64,000 nt of DNA from Eledone cirrhosa (taxonomy: Eukaryota): positions 24,056,001 through 24,120,000 of the forward strand of contig OZ024749.1 in the NCBI GenBank assembly GCA_964016885.1, in the 5' to 3' direction. Position 1 is the stretch's first letter. The number at the start of each line of letters is the position of its first letter. Under the pieces are notes generated by a model, which was given only the letters and a program-made list of their open reading frames with translations, was not told the origin of the DNA and ran no database searches. Shown piece after piece: positions 35,634 to 48,223 of this stretch. Position numbers and translations under genes: made by a program.

Positions 35634-35705
35634 TTATATATATATATAAATATATATATATATTTGTATATATATATATATATATTTGTATATATATATA
35701 TAGAG

Positions 35706-35764
<59 letters not shown>

Positions 35765-35870
35765 TATTTGTATGCTATTTGTCTATGAATATATAGATAT
35801 ATGTATGTGTGGTTATGTGTGTACAGGCACACACACACTCATACACATACACACACACATATATATATAT

Positions 35871-36040
35871 AGTAATAATAATAAATTTGAAGACTAAAAT
35901 CGAAAGAGGGCTCGATTACGATAAATATATATTAAATATATAAGAACCGTAGTGCAAATATTTATTAAAATAACAGATTAAAGATTAACCAAAGAATCGC
36001 TTCTTTCACCCTTAATGGGATCTTCTGAAACTAAAACTTT
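35871..36040 (-). mobile_element. Family F repeat with HHR-like motif
   Basis: The minus strand reads CAGAAGA-T CCC attaa GGG T-GAAA GAA gcga TTC TT. Homologous to 3261-3350 and 43860-43932. Confidence 0.55.
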
Positions 36041-36789
36041 TATATATCTATATATTCATAGAGAAATAGTATACAAATAGATGTATATGTATATATATAT
36101 ATATGTATATATATATCATATATATTCATATATATATGTGTCTGTGTGTGTGTGTGTGTGTGTGCATTTATGTATGATATTATGTGTATAATATATGCTC
36201 TCACATGAATATATACAGTTTATTTACAATATTATTTCCCCCCTGTTACGGATTCGCGGTATATTCTATTATATATTGATGAAGTCATTAATATTCATAC
36301 TATATGACATTTCCATTTTTCGAGCTATATAATTTGAGAACAAAGCAACACAATTAACATCTGTTAGATATGTTTTGAAGCGATTAATCCAACAAAATCG
36401 GGAAATGGCCTTGAGCGTACTCTCCTGGGTTTGTTTCACTACTCGATGGAGCCCCTCTTTTGATGACATCCATTTTAGTTGCCTCTTACAACATGCAAGG
36501 TTATCATGGGTAATTAACCTTGGCACAACCATCCCTCAACCACTGTTAACACAATTGATTTATTAGAGTGACATAGAAAAGAAGGAGGGAGACGGTGGTT
36601 CAGTAAGAGAAGAGAGAACTTCATATAGTAGTAAAATCGGCCCCATTACTAGGATGGAATTTATTTGTCTATCTAAAGAATTAAATGTAAAATTGACGTT
36701 GATTTGATTCGAACTCAGACAGTAGAGATACGGAAGAAATGGAACCAAGCGTTCTATTCGACTTTCGGCTATTCTGCCAATTTCTGGCA

Positions 36790-37044
36790 GATGAAATGAA
36801 GATTACCAAATACCGGGGATTATCCGGCCGCTTCCTCTCCGCACAGGTCGCTGTCGAGGTCTCACGCGTACTTGGAACCCGTATTCCCGAGCTCCTCCAC
36901 AAGACCGGAACGTCAGCAGCCAGTCTGTTGAGGGAGCCACGCGTTGTGGAGTGGCTGTTGAAGTGGCTGTCGCTGGCCATTGTCCGCGAGAATGCTTTTG
37001 CGGTCTTCCCCGTGGGGCCCAAACCCAATACCACCGCACCCTAG
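36790..37044 (+). pseudogene. C-terminal restriction-like endonuclease remnant of a CRE-type non-LTR retrotransposon
   Basis: KITKYRGL..VAVEVSRVLG..REPR..WL..LSLAIVRENA matches the KxxKY..PxAxETxGxxG..SxAxxRGNA pattern of CRE-clade RLE domains. GC-rich island. Confidence 0.65.
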
Positions 37045-37693
37045 GCATAGCGCCTACCAAACCTATCCCTCCCCCCCCCCCACGCCTCCAATTATTCTGT
37101 TAAGCTAGAGGCCTCGTCTTTCCCGCCCTTTTCCATTTTCATAATAACAAAAATACTTGCATTTTTTACAATTAAACCGAATAAACTCATTCAATTATGA
37201 TGCAGTAATATATACGATCTATTAATCCAAATTCCTGTGTATTCACGTTTATAACAAATCTATGCGTGTAAATAGAGGCAAAAAAAATAGGGTTGGCGCC
37301 AAAAGGGTATCAAGCATTAAAACACTAACATGAAATTACCTCCTTTTATGTATGAAATCTTTCGCGGGACCCAGAATTAATGTTGCGATAAAGTCTACCT
37401 GACATCGGATTTTTCAAATACACACGCACACACACACACACACAACCCAACGAAACTTAAGTACCAGTACATGTCACTGTTGATACTAGAATTTGATTGA
37501 TTATTCTCATACGATATTTCTCTATTCACGCTCTGCCTATATACTTCTTGCAAAGTCTATATTTCGCTTGCTTGCTAGTCTTGAATATTATACGTATTGA
37601 GTACACTGTGCTCTTCACTATTGGCTTATAATTCTCACAAACTAATCTCTAATCTCCCCTTCTTGTTTGGATAGTACACTTACCTTTCAAATT

Positions 37694-37798
<105 letters not shown>

Positions 37799-38196
37799 AG
37801 CGGGTTAGGCTTTGGATATATGCATGATGTCTTGGGTAGGGATTATGGTGGAAGTCTTAGTTTTAATCTTAACATTTTGTTTATGATAATATCTGTTTTT
37901 ACGAATGTATTATTTACGAGTTTGGAATCCGACGGTCTTCTTCACTAGATGATTTGTTTATTGTTGGCTTTGTTTGTTTTCCGAGTGCATTATTTATGTA
38001 TAAGACATTCGATGATTGCTTGTATCTATTCCATACATATATATATATTGTATATATGCGTATTGTATGTATATGTATATTTAGTGTAGTTAACGATGGT
38101 AAATAGACGGGTTGACGTATTATATATATATATATATATATATAGGTCATCGTTAACTACACTAAATATACATATATATATATATATATATCTAAA

Positions 38197-38850
38197 ATTA
38201 ATTAAATTAAATTAAATTATGCGAGTTATGTCCGAGACATGCGCCATATCCACCGTAAAATAAACTTAACGATTCCAATGAATAGATCCGAGCATTTTAT
38301 ATCAACTAGAAATTGGTTGACATGCATATATTTAAAATAAACACATGAAACAATCACAGGGGATAATTTGTAAAGTGTGTAATCACACATAGTTATGTAG
38401 ATAACTAATTAAAGTTTAACTATAGCTTCAAATATTACCTTTTTAAAAAATGATTAATGCTCCTTGTATATATTTCATTAAAGAAATATATTTCACCGTT
38501 AATCCGTAAAATCACAGTAGTCAAATCTTGGATCTTCAGCTAGGGGAAAGATTTAACGATCTGTGCTTACACAGCTAATGCAAATCTGCGAGTGAGGCAT
38601 CGCAAGTGTTGCATTTCTAAAACTAGCAACAACATGCGAGCGTCACCACATTGGCGTGAATAGGGTGGTCGACACCTATAAATAGTAGGCGGGTCCTTTC
38701 GACTGAATAAGCTCTACAATTAAGGAGACTTGTATATATCTGAAGTTTATTTAATTAAATTAAACTAAGGGAGTCATGTCCGAGACATGCGCCATATCCA
38801 CCGTAGAATAAGCTCAAAGATTCCAATGAATAAATCCGAGCATTTTATTT
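38197..38850. repeat. Imperfect ~110-bp direct repeats (38197-38300, 38750-38850) around a ~450-bp spacer
   Basis: TTAATTAAATTAAA..GAGT.ATGTCCGAGACATGCGCCATATCCACCGTA.AATAA.CT.AA.GATTCCAATGAATA.ATCCGAGCATTTTAT occurs twice. Confidence 0.8.
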
Positions 38851-38865
38851 ATATATATATATATA

Positions 38866-39385
38866 TTTCGTTTCTGAATTTGTTTAGCAAGATTCTTTAT
38901 CTGAAAACGTTTGTTGAAACCGATATTGTTATACTTTGGGAGGGTCTTGTTGCCAATAAGAAACACATGCACCAGTTGCTTTCACTTCAATTTATTATAA
39001 TAAATTTATAAATTTAGGAATTTATAAATTCCGGTTGGTTGGTTCCACAACCAGATGATTGTTTATATATTGTCAAAGTTCTTTCGTCACACATTCTGTG
39101 ACCTCTTCAGTGACTGGGGATTATTTTCTTTGTTTTTGTGCCTCTCCTTTGTTCTGTCCTACGCCATCTTGTTTTTGTGTGTGTTGTGTGCTTAGTTTGC
39201 GCATGTGTTACATCCGGGTGTCTGTGTGTGTTTATATTTGTTTATTTATTTGTTTATTTACATGTTACTGGTTGGTTGTTTGTCCTATGTGCGTGTGTAT
39301 TTTCATTTTGTCCTTAATTGTAAGTTGTGATGTTGCTGTTCTATTCATGTTTTATATTTAGTATTGGTTGGAGTTCATTTATTTT
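38866..39385 (-). mobile_element. Inverted family E pLTR with tail; HHR at 39072-39114
   Basis: Reverse complement of ~42360-42823 plus a ~60-bp tail. GTCA-CTGAAGA-G GTCACA gaatg TGTGAC-GAAAGAACTT^TGAC. Confidence 0.85.
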
Positions 39386-42300
39386 TATATATACGGCAAC
39401 ACTACGGTCGACTCTGATGAATTATCGATATTACAACTACCACCTAAATATGCCACATATAATAAGGTAAATATGATAACATGCTTGTCAGAAATAGAAA
39501 AATCATTTACAAAATTACGTTGAAGCCTCAAAAACAAAAACAAAAGTAACAACATACGCACACACACACATATACAACACACATCCCAACATCAACAGAC
39601 ACACAGACACAACAACGATAACAACAACACACACATCAACAATAATAACATACTCCGAAACAACAACAGACACGCAGACACAAACAACAATAACAACACA
39701 CACAACAATAATAACATACACGGAGACAACAAAAACAACACACATCAACAACAGCACACATCAACAACAACAACACACACATATTCTATGCCTCTCACCT
39801 CCAAAACAATCTTGACAAACACACAGAAAGCAGGTAATGACAGTAGCACAGAAATAAGGGAAGGTAATAGGATTGAAAGGAGGAGGGAGACGATGGACAG
39901 AGAAAATAACCAGGACGAACACACATACACACAAAATAGAGTAGATAATAACAATGAGCCAGAGGAAAGAGACAGGAGTAATAATGAGAGACATAGAAAC
40001 AACCATGAGGCTGTTGTTGGAAATAGAAATAGAAACAAGACAACTAACAATAACAATAGCATTAGTACACATAAAGCAGCAGCCTGGAAATCTACTTTTC
40101 ATAATCCTTCCGATAAGTCTTTCGACCTGCGACGAGTCCACGCCACGACTTTAGCTTTTAACAAACGCACGCAATTACCGTCGCAGAACAAACAGAAGCA
40201 CAATTTAGTATAGCTAAATCTAAACTTAGAAATATTATAGAACAGTATAGCAAGAAGCATAATAGAATGGAGGCCCAGCAACTGGGAGAAAAATCTGCAA
40301 ATGGCTTGCGTAAGCTCATGCAGCGCTCGCATAATGGAGAGATTGCATGCTTTCCAACAGACAAGTCTGCCAGAATGTCGGTTGACAGTCTGTCAAACTA
40401 CATCCAGGCATTGCAACCCACATCACTAACACAAGAGAAGTAACACCACAAGAGCATGAGGTTAGGGAAAAAGCCCTCAATGCCCATATGATTATGTGGA
40501 CAAATATAATGCAGCCAAACAAAAGGACTGCCAAAAACTTCCAGGCCTGGAACAATGACGTGCCAGCGTTGTATGGGCTTCGAAAAGACCATAAAACGGG
40601 CAGTGACCCTGTCACAGGACCACCAACACGGCCAGTCTGTGGAGCTAACATTGCTAGTAACTACAGACTGTCCTACTTCCTCTCCCTGATCATTGAAATG
40701 TCCCCAGATATATGTGTCAGCACGGAGGACCTCCTCAGAGGAATCGGCGAGAGTAACCGATCTAAGGACCTAACAAACTGCATAATAGGTAGTATGGATG
40801 TTGTGTCACTGTATCCATCTATTGGCGTGGATTTTGATGTGGAGAAATGCGTAGAAATGATCAGTGAGAGCAATGTTGAATTCCGTGGGATTGATACCAG
40901 TGAGCTGGGACTCCTACATAAACGTACCTATAGTAATAATTATCTAGATACATATGGCCTTAGCAACCTATGCCCTACAAGACCAGCAAGAGGCATACCA
41001 CCTACCATTACCTCAATGGCCAAGAAAACCCACACAGATAGATGGAACGGTGGACCAGAGCCATACGGACCCCCGAAAACCAAGATGAACTAAAGAAAAA
41101 GATTGCACATGCGGTGGGGACCAGCATAAAATTGACCCTTAAGGAACATATGTTCAAATTTAATGGAAAAACATATGCCCAAAAGGAAGAAGCAGCCATT
41201 GGTGTTAGCATTGCAGGCGACATAGCTAACTTATTCATGGTATGGTGCGACAGTAGACTTAAACATAAAATTAAAGAACAATTAAAAGACAGCAACCCCT
41301 TAACCCTGATAATGTACTCCCGCTACGTCGATGATATGAACATCGTAGTAAAACACTCCCACTAGAGAACAGTCAGGAATTAGAGAAAAACACCATGGAA
41401 AGCATCCATCAAATAGCTAACTCCATCCACCAGAGTATTAGAGTTACTATAGACTACCCAAGCAAACACTCCAGCCATCGATTACCTGTACTAGACACAG
41501 AGTTCTGGTTAGATACCATTAATAACAAAAAACAAATCCTCCATTCCCATTATGCCAAATCCATGACTTCCAAATACCTGATCCACCGAAACTCAGCTGC
41601 TTCGGACCATACCAAAATCAACATACTGATTGCGGATTTGGTACGGGTGATGAGAAACGAGGCCCGCATGTGCAACCCCAAAGAACTAGAGAGACACATA
41701 CAACACTTCATCCACCGTATGCAATTTTCTGGTTACAATCAGAGAGATAAAATCAGAGTATATAGAGGAGCCAGAACCAAATGGTAAAAAAAGGTAAATA
41801 ATGACATAAATGGGACCTACCCCTTGTACAGGAGCAAATTTTGGAATAGAATAGAAAGAACTAGGAATAAGGTTAATAGAATTAACTCATGGTAGGATAG
41901 CAATAAATACCAGAGTGTAATGTTCATCGATACAACCCCTAGAGGTGAATTAGCTTACAAATTAAGAAGGGCCCTAGATAAACATAAACTCAATATTAAG
42001 ATAGTAGAAAGACTAGGTACCTCTTACACTTATTAGCAATACATACCCTGTTCAAAGACCTCCCTGTATAGATAAGAAATGTATAATCTGTAAATTAAGC
42101 CCCCATATTAACTGTAAAACTAGAAATGTAGTATATAGCATAAGATGTACTGAAGGACAATGTAGAGATAAGAATATAGTGTACATAGGTGAGACAGCTC
42201 GGATAAATGAACACTGGCGAGACCTTCAAGATAGTAAAGAATCATCTGTACTCTACCAACATGCTAAAATAGAACATAGGGTAAATTAGAGAACATAAAA

Positions 42301-42432
42301 ATTAAAAATAGAATCTACACACAGAAAAGACGCAATGTTTAGACAAATCACAGATGCAATAAACATAAATGAACTCCAACCAAAACTAAATGGAAAACAT
42401 GAATGGAACAGCAACATCACAACTTACAATTA
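39386..42432 (+). pseudogene. Second family E PLE RT-GIY-YIG copy, frameshifted and 5'-truncated
   Basis: ORF pieces 40488..41093 (SMDVVSLYPS), 41042..41365 (YSRYVDD) and 41395..41787 are colinear with 3692..5986; VYIGET near 42180. Confidence 0.92.
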
Positions 42433-42820
42433 AGGACAAAATGAAATCACACACGCACATAGAAGAAACAACCAACCTGTAACATGTAAATAAACAAATA
42501 AATAAACAAATATAAACACAGACAGACACCCGGATTTAACACATGCACAAACTAAGCACACAACACACGAACAAACAAGATGGCGTAGGACAGAACAAAG
42601 GAGAGGCACAAAAATAAAGAAAATAATCCCCAGCCACTGAAGAGGTCACAGAATGTGTGACGAAAGAACTTTGACAATATATAAACAATCATCTGGTTGT
42701 GGAACCAACCAACCAACTGGAAATTTATAAATTCCTAAATTTATAAATTTATTATAATAAATTGAAGTGAAAGCACCTGGTGCGTGTGTTTCTTATTGGC
42801 AACATGACCCTCCCAAAGTA

Positions 42821-42823
<3 letters not shown>
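42433..42823 (+). mobile_element. Family E 3' pLTR with HHR (42633-42675), tail-less
   Basis: CTGAAGA G GTCACA gaatg TGTGAC GAAA GAAC TT TGAC; ends CCCAAAGTATAAC then (TA)n. Confidence 0.85.
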
Positions 42824-42890
<67 letters not shown>

Positions 42891-43406
42891 ATAGTAAACA
42901 AAAAATACGGATTCATTTTTCCATCCCTATTTATGTTTTATACGTATTTCAAAGACGTGTGGCAGTTGTATAACAGCTGCCCTACATTTTCTCTTCAGAC
43001 AAAATTCCAAACGAGATGTATCCAGCACACAACATATGTTGCCGGTCACACGCGTTATTCACTTCGCCAAAGAGTAGCTTATGTTGAAGAGAACATGTAG
43101 GGTAGCAGTTATATAAATGCCTTACATCTCTGAAATACGTATAACAAAATAAATAGGGATATACAAATGAAACTATCTTTGTTGTTTATTATTATAATAA
43201 AACTCTGGATGAACAAAAACCGTGGAGTGGTTTTAGTATATTAAGAAAACCCGGCAGATTTTCAATCAACCAGCTTTCTTCATTTCAATATATATATGTG
43301 TGTGTGTGCGTGTGTATATATATGTGTGTATGTGCGTGTGTGTGTGTGTATTTGTGTATATATATATGTGTATGTTTGTGTATATATATATATATACACA
43401 CACACA

Positions 43407-44852
43407 TCTATACATATATATATAAAACTGAAATAGACTGTGTGTGTGTCCTAGTTTTTGCAAAGTCTATACAAATCCACATTTCTACTCCGATTGACTT
43501 CAAACTTGCATTTGTATATTCCTTGCTGTCTAAAGATAGTAACTGTAGCTTTTAGCTTTCAATTTTCTTTTTAGAGGTGTGTTAGGCGCCGGTTATCGAT
43601 CTATCTCTCTCTTTCTTACTCTGTCTTTTTAGATAGATACATAGCTATAACTTCGCGCCATTACAATATCTGTCTGTATGTCTGGCTGTGTGCATTACGA
43701 CATTATGACAAACATTGTTCTGATTTCTGACGTATTATTTTCCCTATTTTCCTTTCATTGCCAAGGAACGTCTTCACGAACCAAAGAATCGCCTTCCTGT
43801 TTTCCTTCGGTTGCAACGTATTTCGAAATATTTACTTCTGCGTTCAGAGATTGATTTTTTTTAGTTTCAGAGGATCTCGTTAAGGGTGAAAGCAGCGATT
43901 CTTTTCTTAAACTTTAATCTGTTATTTTAATATATATATATGTATATATAATTATATATTTGTGTACAGATATGTTTGCATACACAAAAACAAAATATCA
44001 AGAAACGTATTTATTTCACGAAAGCACAGACGGCTTAGCCTCATTGTTACTGCCGATAAGCCATCCAAAATTTCCCACTACTTTTGGCACAGCAATTACA
44101 TAGTCAACGGTTCGGAAATCACATGGATCACTTACGAGTTTACGCCTTATTCTACCAGTTAGTCTTGCGTTTAGATCATGCCTCGAACGAAGAGATACTC
44201 CATTGGCCGAAATACTGCGAAAGCGGCAAGAAAAAGAACAAAGCAGGCAAACGAATCGTCAGTGGAATCTGCTATTCGACGGTCGCACGATGCTGAAGGT
44301 ACTGTCACCAGAAGGGCAATTGAAACAGACAACCAACGAACCATTCGCCGAACCGTGTCAGCTTTGCAATGTCTATCAACAAATCCAAGGGTCAGACCCT
44401 AGCTGTTGTTGGTCTTCTTTTGAAAGCGTCATGTTTTTCACACGGGCAACTATACGTTGGCTACTCAAGAGTTGGAATCGAGTCAAATATTTTGCATATG
44501 TCCGACATGGAAGAACAAGGAACGTTGTATACAAGGAGGTACTGCAATCATTGTTTAGGTAGACAAGGAGGAAGGGGATATACACGGTTGGCTGAAGAAG
44601 GACGAGGCTGTGTTAGTAGTACGACCAACGGCTGGTGTCACACCAACAGCAGCAAAAACAACCAGAAAAAGGAGAAGAAAGCAATTACATGCTTTTGAAA
44701 AATCTTGATGGACAGTTAGTTGCCTAAGTAGAACATGTAGACACCATCCCCAGGCCGAGATATTCTGTACTTCTCTGTACTGTTTCAGAAAGGAGGGATA
44801 AACATGCCAATCTCTGTTTAGAAGCGCCAGCAACGCCGGGCCATTCTGCTAG
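43407..44852 (+). mobile_element. Non-autonomous Helitron (internal deletion of RepHel)
   Basis: Putative A|TC 5' end (less certain). RepHel-like N-terminus MPRTKRYSIGRNTAKAARKR (44178) joined to the Pif1 helicase C-terminus FAMSINKSKGQTL..CFSHGQLYVGYSRVG..TRNVVYKEVL. 3' hairpin GCCAGCAACGCCGGGC and CTAG|T. Confidence 0.8.
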
Positions 44853-44875
44853 TATATATATATATATATATATAT

Positions 44876-45187
44876 TTCGTTTCTGAATTTGTTTAGCAAG
44901 ATTCTTTATCTGAAAACGTGTGTTGAAACCGATATTGTTATACTTTGGGAGGGTCATGTTGCCAATAAGAAACACACGCACCAGTTGCTTTCACTTCAAT
45001 TTATTATAATAAATTTATAAATTTAGGAATTTATAAATTTCTGGTTGGTTGGTTGCACAACCAGATAGTTGTTTATATATTGTCAAAGTTCTTTCGTCAC
45101 ACATTCTGTGACCTCTTCAGTGACTGGGGATTCTTTTCTTTGTTTTTCTGCCTCTCCTTTGTTCTGTTCTACGCCATTTTGTTTCTG
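44876..45187 (-). mobile_element. Solo family E pLTR with tail; HHR at 45082-45124
   Basis: Near-identical to 38866-39178. Confidence 0.85.
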
Positions 45188-45234
45188 AGAAATCAGACAA
45201 TATGCTTCATGGCATAAGGTCACGCCTGTTTACA

Positions 45235-45560
45235 GTCAGAGTTGAAATCCCGCCGAGGTTAGCTTTGCCTTTCATCCTTATATGGTCGATAAAATAAAGC
45301 ACCAGTAATTCAATAGGGTTGATTTAATCGACTTCCCCTCCCCCCAAAATTGCTGGCCTTGTGCCTAACGTAGCAACACTATTTTAGGTTTAGTTCTTTG
45401 ATCAGATATATAAGTGTTACTACTTTGGGCACAAGGCCAGCAATTATCCCAGTGCATTACTGTTACTTATTTTATCGAGCCCGTAAGGATGAAATGCAGA
45501 GTTAACCTCGGCTGGATTTGAACTCAGATCGTAAAGGGCCGTAACTCTATGCGGCGGCAA
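45235..45560. mobile_element. Two Meta-domain SINEs tail-to-tail (45235-45382 +, 45415-45560 -)
   Basis: SINE consensus in both orientations. Confidence 0.75.
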
Positions 45561-45653
45561 AGATATATAATGTGAAACTGAAAGTAATGAACAGTGATCT
45601 CTTCTTTGACTAACGTTTCCATATTTAGCTTTTAATATACGGTACTCTACATG

Positions 45654-45836
45654 CTTCTTCTTCTTCTTCTTCTTCTATTTCTTCTTCTTCTTCTTCTTCT
45701 TCTTCTTCTTCTTCTTCTTCTTCTTGTCCCCCTCCTCCCTCCTCCGCCTTTCCTTCTTCTTCATCAACCATAATTATAATAACAAAAATAACATGAATAA
45801 TAATAATAATAATAATTAATGTTATTAATATTATTA
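45654..45836. repeat. (CTT)n and (TAA)n microsatellites
   Basis: Direct reading. Confidence 0.9.
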
Positions 45837-46232
45837 TGACCATCTCGCCACCATCACTGTCATATTCATCATAATTGTCATCATTATCATGTTCGGAATA
45901 TATACCCAATAAGATCAGAGATAACCATTAAAATGCATCTAACGTAGATGGCGCTGTATGTACACACAATAAGGAAATAGGTAACACAAAATTAAAAAAA
46001 ATAACAACAAGAAAAACCAAAATAATTTCAACAGTATACAAAATAAAAATGGCTGCGTTATTATGAGTCAGGTATTTCATATCAACATGTCACATCTTTG
46101 TCTTCATTACACGTCGTACTTTAACTCTGATAATTTCATAGATATAAAGAAACGAAATATTAGCTTTCAAACTAAATAGATACATGCATTTACACTATCT
46201 CACTATCGCTCACGTATGTGTATAAGCCTATA

Positions 46233-46403
46233 TTGGCAGTATCAGTAGAGGGTCGGACGCCATGCTTTCCAGCATAGTTACGTCCCTTTACGATCTGAGT
46301 TCAAATCCCGCCGAGGTTGACTTTGCCTTTCATCCTTACGGGGTCGATAAAATAAAGTACCAGTAATGCACTGGTTAATTGCTGGCCTTGTGCCAAAAGT
46401 AGA

Positions 46404-46407
<4 letters not shown>
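46233..46407 (+). mobile_element. tRNA-headed Meta-domain SINE
   Basis: TGGCAGTATCAG, GAGTTCAAATCC, GCCTTTCATCCTTACGGGGTCGATAAAATAAAGTACCAG. Confidence 0.85.
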
Positions 46408-46441
<34 letters not shown>

Positions 46442-46554
46442 GATTTTTTTACATATATACACACTCATACCTACACACAAACACACATACACATACAAGC
46501 ACACACACCCACACAACCACGCGTATTATACATATATATGTATATGTATATGTT

Positions 46555-46592
<38 letters not shown>

Positions 46593-46617
46593 GGGGTGTA
46601 TGTGTGTGTAAATATCA

Positions 46618-46648
<31 letters not shown>

Positions 46649-46665
46649 TATATACATAAATATCC

Positions 46666-46696
<31 letters not shown>

Positions 46697-47481
46697 AATA
46701 TTCATATGTAAATATATGTGAATACATCCATAAATATTCATATATATATATATATATGCGTTGTGTGTGTGTGTGTATACATACATAAATATTCATATAT
46801 ATATAGGTATATATATATACAAATTCATATATATATATCTACGTGTGCGGGTATATATATATATATATATATGTATGTGTATGCGTATACACAAATATAC
46901 ACAGACACATATACAAATATAGATAGTTAGATAGATAGTTTGTTGTATATAAATCGTATCTTAAACGGAGAACAATTTCATACATGTAAAGATGTAAAGA
47001 GATTCTAGATATTAAAAAAAGAAACAAGAAGGTTATGTTATGCCTTGATAACAACTGTTTTTGTTGGAAAACATTGCTGGTTATAAAAACAACAGAGAAA
47101 AGGGAGGCAATTATAGACGATAATACTGCAGAAATTGGGAAAAGGAAAAAGGAACAAAAGGTACAAAACATTGGACATGATATATATTTATACATAACTC
47201 TATGTATTGCTCTATATTTTTTAATATTCTTTCAAAAGTAAAAACAAAACCAACTATCTCTCGATCATTCAACCTATCTATCTATCTATCTGTCTTCCTC
47301 TCTGGCTTCCTGTCTGCCTGCATGCCTGGCTCCCTGTCTGTCTGTCTATTTTTGTATCTATCTAAAAGATATCTATCTAAGATATGTGTCTAAATATATG
47401 AGAATCAATCTACCAATCGAGCTATTTTTTATAACACTATCTCTACGTCCCTCTATTTCTTTCCTGACACACACTCTCTCG

Positions 47482-47812
<331 letters not shown>

Positions 47813-48042
47813 CACTTGGAAAACTGACTGTTGAAGCTGGGTTTTTGTATATATATATATATATATCAATGATAGTTTAATATACGTTAATATGTTAACA
47901 GCATAACATGCCAACCATCCAAATAGACACATGCGCACACACACACATAACACCCTCTTTTATATTCGAAAGAACTAGATCTAAATAGACTTTAACATAC
48001 TTTAATACTCTAACAACTTAATTGCAAACCATGCTCCCCAAA

Positions 48043-48078
<36 letters not shown>

Positions 48079-48223
48079 ACTCCCTACACCATTTCTACTA
48101 AGGGAAACATTTTGCTACACACACGCATACAAATATATATTCTCAACCCTGTCACCATCTTAAGATGCTAACCATACCCCCACACATACATATAACACCC
48201 CCCCCAACACACATAACTCCCTC

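Noticed and set aside
37915-38172. Decayed HHR-like motif and a short inverted repeat (38076-38097 / 38149-38171)
   Set aside because: Too degenerate to assign; possibly another old fold-back element.
39414-39420. CTGATGA as an HHR core
   Set aside because: It lies in PLE coding sequence (S-D-E) with no helix II/GAAA arrangement.
45625-45909. Acidic poly-Glu/Ile ORF
   Set aside because: Translation of (GAA)n and (ATT)n microsatellites.
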